Shown here piece by piece: positions 12,891 to 24,255 of a DNA stretch of 64,000 nt. A model generated the notes under the pieces. That model was not told the origin of the DNA and did not search any database. It saw nothing but the letters and a program-made list of their open reading frames with translations. How positions within the stretch are numbered: the stretch's first letter is position 1; each line of letters starts with the position of its first letter. Source of the stretch: Macrostomum lignano. Its lineage: Eukaryota. Location: positions 310,001 to 374,000 of the forward strand of contig NIVC01000506.1 in the NCBI GenBank assembly GCA_002269645.1, read 5' to 3'. Position numbers and translations under genes: made by a program.

Positions 12891-13048
12891 TGTTGTGGGT
12901 TGATGACTTTGCCATAGACATTTTTGTTACGCGACTGCGTTGATGAATTGAACCATGCTATTGAGTTATGAAATAAATGATAGACGCGTCAGAGGTCAAC
13001 AGACCGCTAGACTGACAATTGCTAAAGGCTAAAGCCAAAAGCACAACA
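12891..13048 (+). repeat. 3' LTR (158 bp)
   Basis: Preceded by the PPT, followed by TSD ctcag. Confidence 0.95.
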
Positions 13049-13405
13049 CTCAGTAACTGCATTATTTGGTTATTCATTAATGTTCATTAATTCTGTGTCT
13101 TAAAATTATTTAGCCAGTGTGTTAAGCTTATAGTTACTGTCTACACAGCTAGTGTATCCAATGAAATATCTTGTACCGGGTTCGGGGTTCAGAGTAAGGG
13201 GGACCAGGTTCGGGGTTCAGGTTGGAGGGACCAGGTTCGGGGTTCAGGTTGGATGGACCAGGTTCGGGGTTTAGGGTAAGGGGGACCAGGTTCGGCCCAA
13301 CCCCAAAAAAACTTCAAACCCGAACACCCGTACTTGAAACATGTATGAAATTATGAATAAAGGTTTGTGAAACTTTTAAATCAGCTATGTCTTATTAAAA
13401 CTTTT

Positions 13406-13440
13406 ACTCACCCGCTCGTATGTACTTGTGTGGAACACTG
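13406..13440 (-). promoter_or_regulatory. Putative 5'UTR exon end and splice donor of the VWDE-like gene
   Basis: Minus-strand gagcgg|gtgagt at 13412/13411, just outside the hAT TSD. The matching acceptor ttttctgccccgcag| lies 1 nt before the VWDE ATG (7963/7962). Confidence 0.55.
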
Positions 13441-14601
13441 TCAGTGGTATTCTTTTTGTCCTATAGCTCCGCTCAATTTCAGTTCAGAGGCCTCGAACTC
13501 GAACAAAATCTAATCGATAGTCGGAGGGATTCGAAGAGAGACGGATTACTTCTAATCAAGCCACTAGCTAGCACTGTGACTATATCAGGCCCAAGTTCAA
13601 ATGCACTGGAGCCGAAGATGCGCATACAGGCCTGGAGGTTTTATGTCTTTGCACTTAAATAAGCCCCGTGTTTCCGCCCCTCGTACAGTTGGGTGCAATT
13701 GCACCCTAAAGCAGGCTTGGCCGGGGCTGGTAGTCACTTTGCTATCTCGGTTTTATCAAGTCACATTGTGTGCGATTTTTTTTAGTTTTTTTCTAAGCTA
13801 AGCTACCGACTGCATGAAAAAACTGCAGGATAGTATAGTACCCTCGTACGCATCCGAGTGAAACAGGTTGTTAATTGCGACCGATATATTGCTATTAATT
13901 ATAATTAGCGGAACGGCCGGAGGGAGAGAACAAAGGCAACAAATGGATAGCACGAGCAAAACATCCTACCGCCCTGTATGGGCAACTTACGAGACACGAG
14001 TATATTTGGAAAGCATTCGAAAAAACTATTTGGAAGAGTAAAAGGTAAACGAAGCGAAAGGAAAAAAGAAGTTGCAGGAATTGCGAGAAAAGGGGGGGGG
14101 CTAAAAACAGAAAAAAAACGCACGCAAGCTGGCGAGGAGAGATAGGCTGAGGCGGGCACAACGCACGGGGCGGGGCTAAAAAGGCCCCACAGACACCCAC
14201 CCCCGCCCCGGGGGCGGCGCACCCACCCCGGACCAAGCACCCCCCAAACACGGGCGACGACAAGCCCCCCCCCCCCCGGCCCCGCTAACAGCGATTGGCC
14301 AGCCAATCTACACTTATTATAACACATGCATTATTAAATACAAGCACATTTATGTACTGTTGACACAGTTAATTATATCAAGTTTCCGTAAGCTTGCAGC
14401 ATCTTCAGGATGCATCTTCATATTTAGAAGTCAACAAAAATCAATAAAATAATTGCACGGACCGAAATGAAGTCAAGTATGATTATTTTAAGAAATTGTG
14501 GAGCAGTCAGATACCCTAAGAATAGTGCTAGCCCCCTTCTTGTGGACTTTACATTCACGATTAGATGGTAGCTGCTTTATGTACAACAGCTTGTAGATAA
14601 A

Positions 14602-14882
14602 GAGGATTGTCGCCTAAGTGGTCAGAGCGTCGGACCCACGACTTGGAGGTCGGGGGTTCGATTCCCGATCCCACTGGAACAATTTGTGTCCTTAAGCAAG
14701 ACACTTAACTCTGCATTGCTTCAGTTCACCCAGCTGTAAAATGGGTGCCAGCATTAGCTGGGGTAATTGAGGGTGTGCTTGGCGACCTCCCAGTCCTTGG
14801 ACTGAACAGCCGTACCTTCAGATGCACCGCGCAATAGCTGCGGCTGAGCTGTCGGTTGCACATCTGTCTATTGGGGCAGGTG
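14602..14882 (+). mobile_element. tRNA-derived SINE with a CORE-like central domain
   Basis: A-box tggtcagagcg and B-box ggttcgattcc. Then tgtgtccttaagcaagacacttaact...cagttcacccagctgtaaaatggg, resembling the MIR/CORE consensus. Second copy at 24881-25139. Confidence 0.8.
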
Positions 14883-15115
14883 AAATCAATTATTATCTGC
14901 AAAGCTTCCAACAGCTCGTGGTGGCGCTGACTCCGATCAATAATTTTAAACTTTTGAGCCCGTGTACAGGTGACTATCAGTCTTACCGCTGGCTCTGCTC
15001 AGCAGGGTACGTGGGGGGACCTTTGCTTTTTAGGCGCGTTACAAAATTGGCTACTTTTAAGTTAGTATTGAAGCTATCATGAATGCGCATAAGATGGTAC
15101 ACGTTGTGACACGTC

Positions 15116-15363
15116 GGGGCCGCAGACACTCATTTTGGGGCCGCAGACACTCATTTTGGGGCCACAGACACTCATTTTGGCACCACAGACACTCATTTTG
15201 GGGCCGCAGACACCCACTTTGGGGCCACAGACACTCATTTTGGTGCCGCAGACACCCACTTTGGGGCCACAGACACCCACTTTGGGGCCACAGACACCCA
15301 TTTTGGGGCTACAGACACCCATTTTGCCACCGCAGACACTCATTTTGGAGCCGCAGACACTCA
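15116..15363. repeat. 21-bp minisatellite (ggggccgcagacactcatttt), ~12 copies
   Basis: Visible tandem periodicity; generates spurious 7-aa-repeat ORFs. Confidence 0.95.
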
Positions 15364-15764
15364 TTGCCAAAGGCGCTATGTTTTGGCGCCCTGAAGCAAA
15401 GTTATTGATTTCACGGGGGGGACATGTCCCCCTTGTTCTGGAGGTTCATTTTTTGTCATATTTTTTAGGTTTTAGTTATTTAATTGTACATGTATTTTTT
15501 CTTTATTTAATGTACATGAGCCAACCCCTCTCTCTCTGCTAACCTCACCCCCACGTTAAATATTAATTAAAAAGGGCGTGATTTTGGTAAGCGTGCTTTT
15601 TGCTAAGTGGTTGTTTGTTTTGTTTGCCTGCGCGAGAACGCAGAGGTATTGAAGGCTACAAACATCCGATTTTGCCTACTTAATTACTTTTCGGTTTTCG
15701 AAAAGTTAGTCGATTTAACACCCCTTGTCCACCGGTGGCGACGCCTTTGGGTATAAGTCAACAC

Positions 15765-18700
15765 TACTTGACTTACTTGACTTAGCTGCAGGGCGGTCCG
15801 AAGACGCAGCGGGAGGCGAGCGTCGCCCATTCCACTAATCCCTGAAAGACCCGCATAGGCTAGGGCGCGGGGCCGGTCAGGGAGGTCTGCCGGTCCAGTC
15901 TGCAGCGTTGTCTTCGGTGGGGAAGACGGAGGCTCGCTTGGTGGCCCGGAGGAACCGGATGAGCCGTGGGATGTCGGGTTGGGCCCGAGGTGGTTGAGCC
16001 GGTTTCGGTTGAAGGCCGGGCAGTAGCAGACGAAGTGCTTGGCGTCTTCGTTCTCGAGGTTGCAGAAAGGGCAGAGTTCGCTCCGGCGGGCACTTCGGAG
16101 GAAACAGTGCCTGGCAAAGCAACCGTGACCTGTGAAGGTCATAGTGAGAGCGCGGATATCTTTTCGATTTTGGTTCAAAAGGATTCTCCGCAGCTTGAGG
16201 GACGGATTGGGCACTGCCGCACGAGATTGGCGGCAGTTGGAGATACCATCCCATCTGCGCAAGTGCAGGATGTCCGCCCAGTCGTTAATCTGACGATTAA
16301 TGACTGTGGCGGGGATGCGGGCCGGGGGCACGGGGCCAAGGGGCGAGCCGGAACAGCCCGCCTTAGCGAGGGAGTCGGCGAGCTCATTACCTTTGAAGCC
16401 GGCGTGTCCTGGGATCCACGTAAGCCGGACGGTGTTCCTCCGAGCCAGCTTGTTGAGCTGCCCGATACAGTCGCGGACTGTTCGGGAGTTCGTAGTGGTG
16501 TGACACAGGGCCTGCAAAGCAGCCTGGCTGTCAGAGTGGAAGAAGATTCTTCTGTCCTTGAAGTCCCTGCAGTGGAGCTCAGCTGCACAGGAGCTGATGG
16601 CAAGGACTTTATTCTGGAAGACTCTGGAGAGTCTGCCAGTGTGTTGGGCGTGAGTAGCAATCACGCGGCCGTTGATAAGGATGCAGACTCCAAAGCCGGA
16701 TAAACCGTCTTTGGAGGATCCGTCAGTAAAGCAGTGAACCTCCTGAGGGGCCCAGCTGTCGTTGGGGTTCTCCCTGGAGGGGATAGTGACCTTGAAGCGT
16801 TGGTAGAGATCGAGGGAGCGCGGCTCAGCGCCCGAAAGGATAGCCGCACTCCCACTCTCCTCCAGAACTTTAAGGCACAGGTCAGAGTGCGGCAGGAGCT
16901 TGCGCTTCGCCATCGCTCTTTGTGGCTTGAAGCTAACGCCAGCCTCGATGAGCCGGCGGGTGGTTTTAGCAGCCTCGCGATGGACAAAGATGTCCAGAGG
17001 CGGGAGGCAGAGAAAGGCGTTGAGGCCGTCAAAGGGAGCAGAGAGCGGGGCATTCAGGATCATGCGGCACGCACGTCCCTGCACCTTTTTGATGGCTTCG
17101 TGGCAGGTTTTAATCTAAAAGGTGCTGGTCCAGACCAGGCCGGCGTAAGTAACGGCCGGTCGGACCATTGCGGTATAGATCCACCAGAGCCGTTTCGGGG
17201 TGAGGCCCCAGGTGGTGCCGACGGCTCTGCGCAGCTGCGCAAGAATCGCGAGGGCTTTTTTGGTTTTGGCCTGGACATGGGTGGACCAGCTCAGCCGGTG
17301 GTCCAGCGTAACGCCGAGACACTTGGTTTGCTTGCAGGATGGGATTTCCACCCCGTAAAGCTTTAGTGGGCGAATAAGCCAGTTGACCCTGCTGGTGAAC
17401 ATGATCGCGACAGTTTTGGTCTCAGAGAGCCTGAGGCCGCACCTGTCCGCCCATCGTTCAGCAGAGCGAATGAAGTTTTGCAGAAGATCCCTAAGGGTTT
17501 CAGGTGACGGTCCGGATGCCACGGCTGTGACATCATCGGCGTAACCTACCTTGAGGATGGGGTCAAGATGGCTGTCCTGGAGGAGCTCATCAATGACCAT
17601 GTTCCAGAGAACTGGAAAGAGGACACCGCCGTGGGGGCTGCCTTTGCAGACGGTTACCGTCCGTTGGTGGCCCAACAGGTGTGCGGTGGCAGTACGGTGG
17701 CTGATCATATACATGATCCACCGGGTGAGGTGCGAGTGGGTTCCTCTAGCACGTAGAGCTCTGTCAAAAGCCTCAAACAGGACATTATCGAAGGCTCTAA
17801 CAATGTCAAGGAAGACAGCGAGAGCGTAGCCATTACCAATAACGGCTTTCTCCAGCATGTCAACCAAAACGTGAAGCGCGCTCTCCGTGGACCTGCCTGC
17901 CCGAAAGGCGTGCTGGTTCTCACTGAGCGGCTTGTTCTTCAGTTCCACAGAGAGGAGGCACCAGAGCACCAGTCTCTCTAACAGCTTCACCAATGAGGAG
18001 GTGAGGCTAATTGGTCTGAAGGATTTAATGGACCGGTAGTCCGGTCGGCCGGGCTTGGGGATAAAGACCACCTTGGCCTCGGTCCAGGGTTTCGGAACAA
18101 AGCCGAGTACAATGCAAGCTTTCAGAAGCCGGCAAAGGTTCCGCAGGAAACCGGTGCATTTCACCGCCTCCCGCAGGAAGGCTGGCACAACGCCGTCCGG
18201 TCCTGGGGATTTGAAGGGTTTGAAGGAGGAGACTGCTTTAGTGACGCGGTCCTCCGTGATGATTGAGTCGGCCAGTACGTGTCCGCCCACTGAGTGATCA
18301 GGGGGGTCGGGCCTGGCTGGCTCGTTCGGGAAAAACGCTGTCAGCATCGCTTCCAGTGTTTCTCCTGGGTTCTCAGTTAGCGAGCCGTCGGCTCTCTTGA
18401 CTGAGGAGAGTTTGGACATTTTGTCCAGGGTGAGGGCTTTAACGATTCTGGAGGTGGGGCGGGAGCCCTCAAGTTCCTCACAGTATTCGCGCCACTTGTT
18501 GGTTTTGGCGTTCCTAACCTGCCTCTTGAACTCGTGGATAGAGTTCAGGTAGGCGGTTTGGTCGGCCGGGTTTTTAGTTTTTTGGGCCCTACGGTGAAGC
18601 CTTTTGGCTCTGCGACGGAGGTCGCCAAGCTGCGGGTTCCACCATGGGGCCGACTGTTTGCCTTTATATGCCTTTAGTGGGCATGAGGCTTCGAAGGCAG

Positions 18701-19885
18701 CAGTGAGCGAGTCCGTAAGTGCGGCCGCAAATTCATCTGCTTCCTCGCAGGTGTTGATGGAGACTGGAGTGCTAGTGCAACGATAGGTCTCCTCCAGGGC
18801 AAGCCTGAAGGCGATCCAGTCGGTATTCCTAGCATTCCGTTTCCAGTAAAGCTGGCCTGCGTTTCGGGCGCCGGTCAGCATGAAAGAGATGAACTTGTGA
18901 TCGGAGAGGGACGCCTCAGAAAGCACCCGCCACTCCCTAGTGCTCTGGAAGAGCCTGGGCGTGGCGAGGGTGGCATCCAGCACCTCCGATCGGCGTCCGT
19001 TATTGAAGGTAGGGGTACTACCCGAGTTACAGAACTCAAGGGTTGTAGTAGCAATATAAGCCAGGAAGTCTTCACCTCTCTGGTTTATATCAGAACTGCC
19101 CCAGTGGGTGTGGTGGGCATTGATATCGCCTGCCACAAGCAGCTCATAGTTTCTGGTGGAGCAGAGCTCGACCAGTGTGACAAGCTCTACTGGGATCATC
19201 TCGCCGTCGCCCGGTAGGTAAACCGAGGCGATGAGGGTAGTCCTCCCAGGGAGTATGTCTTCAGATTGGATGACGCAGATGTCCCTGGTGGACAGGTCCG
19301 ATCTGAGCCATGCGTTAATAGAACTGGACACCATGATGCAGGATCTTGGTGCCAGGTTTCCCTCCCGGGTGCCAGCGGTTAGACACTGGTAGCCGGTGGG
19401 GACATGTTGGGGGCTGCCCCTAAGCGTCCAAGGTTCCTGGATAAGGATAATCCCTGGCGCGTATTGGTCAGTGTGCTTCAAGAGGTTGACTGAAGCAGCA
19501 ATGCTGTGCTGCAGGTTGACCTGCAAGCAGTGGATGCCCTGGGAGACAGTCATGTCTACTGTCCAGGGGAGGAGAAAAGCAACTCATTCTCAGCCTCATC
19601 GGTGAGAGTTGAGTCGCCAATTTCCATTGGCTCAGGCTCAGCCGCCTCCCCAGCCGCCGCGGAGGCGGACGCGGCGCCCACGGCAGGTGAGTCACCTAGC
19701 CGCGCTACACCGCCCTCCTCCCCAGCGACTGGGGTACGGCTGCTGCCTTCGCCTTGCGCCCCGCCGTCGGGAGTCTGAGCTCGGCCGGCAGCGTCCTCCT
19801 GGTGGTAATCCCACCAGTTGGAAGGCTGAGCCATGCCGTCGTTCAGTTCCCTCGGCTGGCTTTCAGTGTTTTTGCGAGCGGCACG
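15765..19885 (-). mobile_element. 5'-truncated non-LTR retrotransposon with APE-RT-RNase H (LOA/I-group-like)
   Basis: 9-bp TSD agtcaacac at 15756-15764 and 19886-19894. 3' tail (taagtcaag)2. The acidic C-terminal part of ORF1 (19885-19556) is open up to the element boundary. ORF2 starts 2 nt after the ORF1 stop. Confidence 0.92.
15877..19553 (-). pseudogene. LINE ORF2 (APE endonuclease, RT, RNase H, C-terminal CCHC-like motif), disrupted
   Basis: LQVNLQH/IQEPW/GDINAHH/SDHK APE motifs; YADD RT; FTDGS...HSDSQAAL...WIPGHAGFKGNELAD RNase H; CPFCNLENEDAKHFVCYCP. In-frame TAG at 17117-17115 separates the 812-aa and 466-aa ORFs, which are in the same frame. Probable frameshift near 15965 (LIRFLRATKR is in another frame). 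Confidence 0.9.
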
Positions 19886-20759
19886 AGTCAACACAAAGTT
19901 TCAGTGACAACTGTATCATGATTCAAGCGATTTAGACAATGCACAGAACCTGGTTAGCAAGCAAGCGGACAGTCGTTCCCATCTACTTATAGGGAACTGA
20001 ATTGTGAGTCAGACAGATGAATTAAAAAAGCAAAAGTCGCATCCGAGTTGTCCATAGGAGCGATGAACAGAAGCTCAAGTCGGACAAGAGTGCTTTCCTA
20101 TACCGACTCCGTGTTACAGGAAGAAGAAGAAAATACGCTGGTTTAGGAACATTTCTGGGGTTTCAGGCCGCTTGCAGATCTAGCTCGTATCTGAAGCATT
20201 TTTATCTTGCTCTACTCATTTGTACCGATGCCCAGGTACAAGCTACCTCCCAGCTATGTAATAATAATATTATACCCTCGCACACCGCTCCCCCCACTTC
20301 ATTCCTCAACTCAAGACTGTCGCGGCGTGGCTAAGTTGCGTCACTCGTAAAAGATTGAGAGACTTTACCTCCACTCTCAAAAGTGGCGACCACAGACGGA
20401 ATCTTCTGTGATGGCGACTTTTCTATGTCGCTGAGTATATGCTCATATGAGCGAATGATGAGGACGCACTTTTTTCCAAACTTCACGCTCGCACATGGGC
20501 TCCAAACTTACTAGCCTACTAACAGCAGGCTATTTTTTCTTCTCTTTATGCAATTTTCCTAGAATTCATACTAGTTATATGATTTTGCCATACTTGTAGT
20601 TATAATAACATAGATGCGGCTTTTGGATGATAAATCATTGCTTTCGAGCTGGTCTGACAGCCGCCTGCGCCTCACTCAATGCTGAAACTGGCGCCAGATG
20701 GTCTGAGAGGATGTGGGCGGTAGCTTTTTTCTCATCATTTTGACAGGATATCAAGATTT

Positions 20760-21840
20760 ATGAGGTCAGGGCCTATTGTCGTGTTTACTCAAGCGTGTGA
20801 CAGCTATGCTGAAAGAGTTTAAGAGTGGTGATCAGTCACTCAAAAACTCCCACTTCTAGACACTGGGGAAAAAGTGCCTAGGTACGAGCGTATATGCAAA
20901 ATCAAATAACTCTTACTGCAGCGGATCCTTTAGTGGCTTGTAGACGTCTTGGTTTGGCTTAGGTGACTCAGTACCTCCGGGAGTCCTTGACTTTTATCTG
21001 CGGGTCGACCAAAAACGAGATCGAATCAGAACTTCTTGACGGTCCTCGAGCTCGGAATTAACAGTAGAACGTGCGCCCTAATGAACAATTGAATTCTCTA
21101 ATTTTCTGTGATAGGTCCTCCTGAAGGGCGGCTTCTTCGTTACGTCCGAAACGTAACGGATAACTCAATTAAATAAATAAATCCTCTAGGAATATATCCT
21201 AGAAAACAAGGAGGCCTTTCTTAACTGTGTCGACAATAAACAGCTCTCGTAAACTCAATGAATCAACTTATTAACGCTAACAATAAAGTAACTAAAACCG
21301 GTAAACGCTTACCAATTGGACAGATGCGGTCCCTCAGAGATTGGTCTTCTTATTTTCTTCGGAGTCTTCTTAGAGACCGCTCTGAGTCTGAATTTTTGAC
21401 TCGAATTTTCACTTATATTTATAGCAAAATTTTGGAAAAAAACCGGTTTGGGATTGGGTATTTACTTAGGTCAAAAATGTTTGATTAAGCGGTCATGCAT
21501 GTTTGAGCATTACCATATATGGGGTTAAGCAAATACAGCTGTTGGAATCCGGTTCCTTGATCAAACAATGTAGGGTTCTAAATCATTCTGTTTGCGCGTG
21601 ATTCCTAAAATAGATATGACTCATTTTGAAAGAAATTGACTTCCTTAGAATATTACTTTAAGTAGAGCATTACGGTATGGTTTAATAACTCTCTACAATG
21701 CGTTTTACCCCTAAAAGTACGTTGGGATTAGCGATTAGCGATTTCTCTTCATTATCTTCACTTTCTACTTAATAAGAGTTTTCTAATGTATATTTTTTCA
21801 TTAATTTTAGTCATTCCTATGCGAAAGGTCATAAATCATT
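20760..21840 (+). mobile_element. Probable heavily decayed Penelope-like element remnant (GIY-YIG end, pseudo-LTR, start of next ORF)
   Basis: Broken frames give VVFTQACDSY and FLTVLELGINSRTCALMNN (like the GIY-YIG terminal LExxxI...LN motif). A hammerhead-like motif at 21121-21155 and aataaataaat follow, then FCLRVIPK near 21585, typical of PLE N-termini. Weak, by-eye similarity only. Confidence 0.35.
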
Positions 21841-21841
21841 A

Positions 21842-23489
21842 TGTAGCTATTTTGAGTGATTTATGACCGCACCTGTCGTATTTTTATGGCCCCGAGGGAA
21901 CTGATAGGATCTTTTGGTCACGTGAGTTTGGGTGGCAACAAGCTCAGCCAATCAGAAAATTCGACGTGCGTTATAACAAATCGGCTCAGCCAATCAGCGT
22001 CGAGGTGTTCCATTATAACAAATTGCGGTCCAGTTGGCGGCTATTTAAACCGGTGTTTTTGGCCCGCTCGGACTCAACCTCCTGCTCCGCCTCCTAGGAC
22101 TTTGGCCTAACTTAGACCTCCGGAGCTCGACCGTCGTCTTTTGATCCCCGGATCGCGACTCCCCCCATCATCATCAAGGACGAATCCCCCCGGTCGTCAG
22201 CAGCGAACATCAAGATTAAGAACATCACCTGCTAGCTATCTGCGAAGATTGTGACATCAGCATCATCCCGGGCCTACAGCTGCGAAGCACTAAGCCGATT
22301 TGGTCACTGTGGATTACCTGGTCTCCGGCTGTTGAGTTTCTAATTGGTTGGGTGAGAGGCTACCTAGACTTGCTTGATTGGGTGATCCCCTATCTGTCCC
22401 CTATTTCAGTAGCTGGATTAGGCGCACACTTTTGCTCATTTTTTTCAGCAGTGCTGTTATTGAGGTAGAAATCATTCAATAATACTGTTAGTAGTCCGAA
22501 ACTCCAATTCAATCTAAAGTCTGAAGTGATTTAAGGAGAAGGTTAAATCTGACAGTTATTTTTTTCGGTTTTATTTCTTTGTTCGCCGATGGCCAGATGA
22601 GTAGCTAAGCTAGTAGGCGCCGGTTACAGTGGACCAATGGCAAGGCGGTTCTCAGTCGATCAATCTATCAAACCAGTGAGCAAGATTGCCAGTAGTGCAA
22701 AATCGGCGCTAGAGATGTACTTTGTGCACTCTAGATTCGCCAAGCGGCTCGGGTAATGAATCATACGGTCTCTGAGGTTCGAGTTAGTCTATCATCAGCG
22801 CTACGAGAGGCTAGTTGGCGCGTTGGAGGCCAAAAGTACAGTTCCTCGTATTTAGCAATGTAATAGTACATGTAGCTACCCCATAGTCTCGCCACTGCAA
22901 GAATCCCCTGCACAAGTCCCCTCTGTACCTGCATGGCCAATGCGATCTAGTCCCAGCAGTGTCCCTTTACATCGGCTATGACTTCGAGATTGACAGCAAA
23001 AAGACACTAGTTGGCAGGTAAGCGCCAAGCCCCCTCTAGTCGGAAGCCCGATTTCGAAAGTTCCGGTTTGGTGAGCCAGGACGCACGGGCTGGTGGCAGC
23101 GGGTTAGTTAATCTGCGGATTAGCTGATCTCTACCTTCAAAATTCTCCCTGCTTGTCTCTCGCTGTCCCTCTCTTAGCTATAGGACCTAGACTGCTCGCC
23201 ACACGATCAAGCTACCATGGGGCTAACCATCTGACAGGAGTGGGGGCAGGACTCTAATTGATTTATTTCTGAGACCTGAGGCCCGAAGGCTTCCCGAAAG
23301 GGGCCGAAAAGGCCGAAACCCATCACGTACAGGGTTACAGCGGTTCCGAGTTTCTCACCGTCAGGCTTGTGCACCCTCTGTGCCTTGGAGGTTGATTCGT
23401 TTTCTGAGCTGGATTTATTTTGCGTTGCTGGGTCGGCGTTGCATAGGATATACCGGTTCCCTTCCCAGGGAAATTAGCGAGTTACAACA
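21842..23489 (+). mobile_element. Putative solo LTR (~1.65 kb)
   Basis: tgtagc...gttacaaca ends; imperfect 5-bp flanks catta/cgtta; duplicated ggctcagccaatcag CCAAT boxes; TATA-like ctatttaaac at 22041; no long ORF. Confidence 0.35.
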
Positions 23490-23751
23490 CGTTATAATAA
23501 AATATTGCCTACTGATTGATGTTGCAGAAAATTCCAACTATTGCTAGCTATGATAATATACTCTGAATATCACAATTTCCGTGCCGATTTAGCAAAACAT
23601 CACAAAAATTGCAGTCAAATCATCCAGCAGCTACATCTACAGAGCCTTGTTGCAGCGAAAGCATTGCATAGCCTATGAAATTTTAAAATCATCTTCATCT
23701 CGACCATGCACCCATGCTTGTTGTTGCTGTGTTGATTCTTTGATATACCAG

Positions 23752-23855
23752 ACATTTCCCCTCCGGTGTTTCCCCCTCCGGTGTTTTCCCTCTGGTGTTT
23801 CCCTTTCGGTGTTTTCCTCCAGCGTTTCCGGTCCGGCATTTTCCCTCCGGTGTTT
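23752..23855. repeat. Degenerate 15-16-bp tandem repeat (tttcccctccggtg)
   Basis: About 6 imperfect copies. Confidence 0.7.
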
Positions 23856-24069
23856 CCTAAAAACAAGAATAAAATGGACTGCAGCGCAACAAAGCGCGCT
23901 TTGATGGCCTTGAATTGTCTGAAGTGTCTATCGCCCCCCCCCCTTCCATGCACGCCCCCTATTCATTAGCAGCAACGCGCACGTACATGTATGCATTATC
24001 CAGCTAGAGGACACAGAAGACATGGAGACATGACCATACGGACTAAAGACCAATTTATTCCGTCCCAGC

Positions 24070-24255
24070 CAGGGAAGCCTCTTTGTTCGCTTCGCTCACC
24101 GCTTCGCTCACCGCTTCGCTCACCGCTTCGCTCACCGCTTCGCTCACCGCTTCGCTCACCGCTTCGCTCACCGCTTCGCTCACCGCTTCGCTCACCGCTT
24201 CGCTCACCGCTTCGCTTCCTCATTCGTGAGCGAAGCGAACAAAGAGGCTTCCCTG
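24070..24255. mobile_element. 186-bp MITE with perfect 30-bp TIRs and an internal 12-bp array
   Basis: TIR cagggaagcctctttgttcgcttcgctcac at 24070-24099, reverse complement at 24226-24255. Flanking direct repeat tcccagc at 24063-24069 and 24256-24262. Ten full copies of cgcttcgctcac. Confidence 0.9.

Larger units (their letters stand above)
8735..13048 (+). mobile_element. Full-length Ty3/Gypsy LTR retrotransposon (Mag-like gag zinc knuckle, 5-bp TSD)
   Basis: LTRs at 8735-8893 and 12891-13048 (TG...CA; two substitutions and one indel by eye). TSD ctcag at 8730-8734 and 13049-13053. PBS-like tggcgtcgcaagc at 8895. PPT agaagagggaggg at 12878-12890. Confidence 0.97.
8029..13332. mobile_element. 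Non-autonomous hAT-type DNA transposon (~1 kb of its own sequence) interrupted by a Gypsy element
   Basis: 8-bp TSD cttgaaac at 8021-8028 and 13333-13340. Ends taggggtttcgg ... ccgaacacccgta are imperfect TIRs. Subterminal ggttcggg repeats at 8035-8120 and 13175-13295. Confidence 0.8.

Noticed and set aside
13670-14330. Possible Helitron-like non-autonomous element
   Set aside because: Only a 6-bp hairpin (gattgg/ccaatc) and GC-rich runs; termini and insertion site could not be defined.
14602-14680. Functional tRNA gene
   Set aside because: A and B boxes are present, but there is no clean cloverleaf and the sequence continues into a SINE body shared with a second copy.
17110-17120. Programmed readthrough of the in-frame TAG in LINE ORF2
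   Set aside because: Other conserved motifs are also degraded (PHGGVLFP for PQGGVLSP, FQNK for FQAE) and there is a downstream frameshift, so ordinary decay is more likely.
19820-19885. HDV-like ribozyme at the LINE 5' end
   Set aside because: A P1-like helix followed by GG exists, but no P3/L3 CC partner could be built. ORF1 is open to the boundary, indicating simple 5' truncation.
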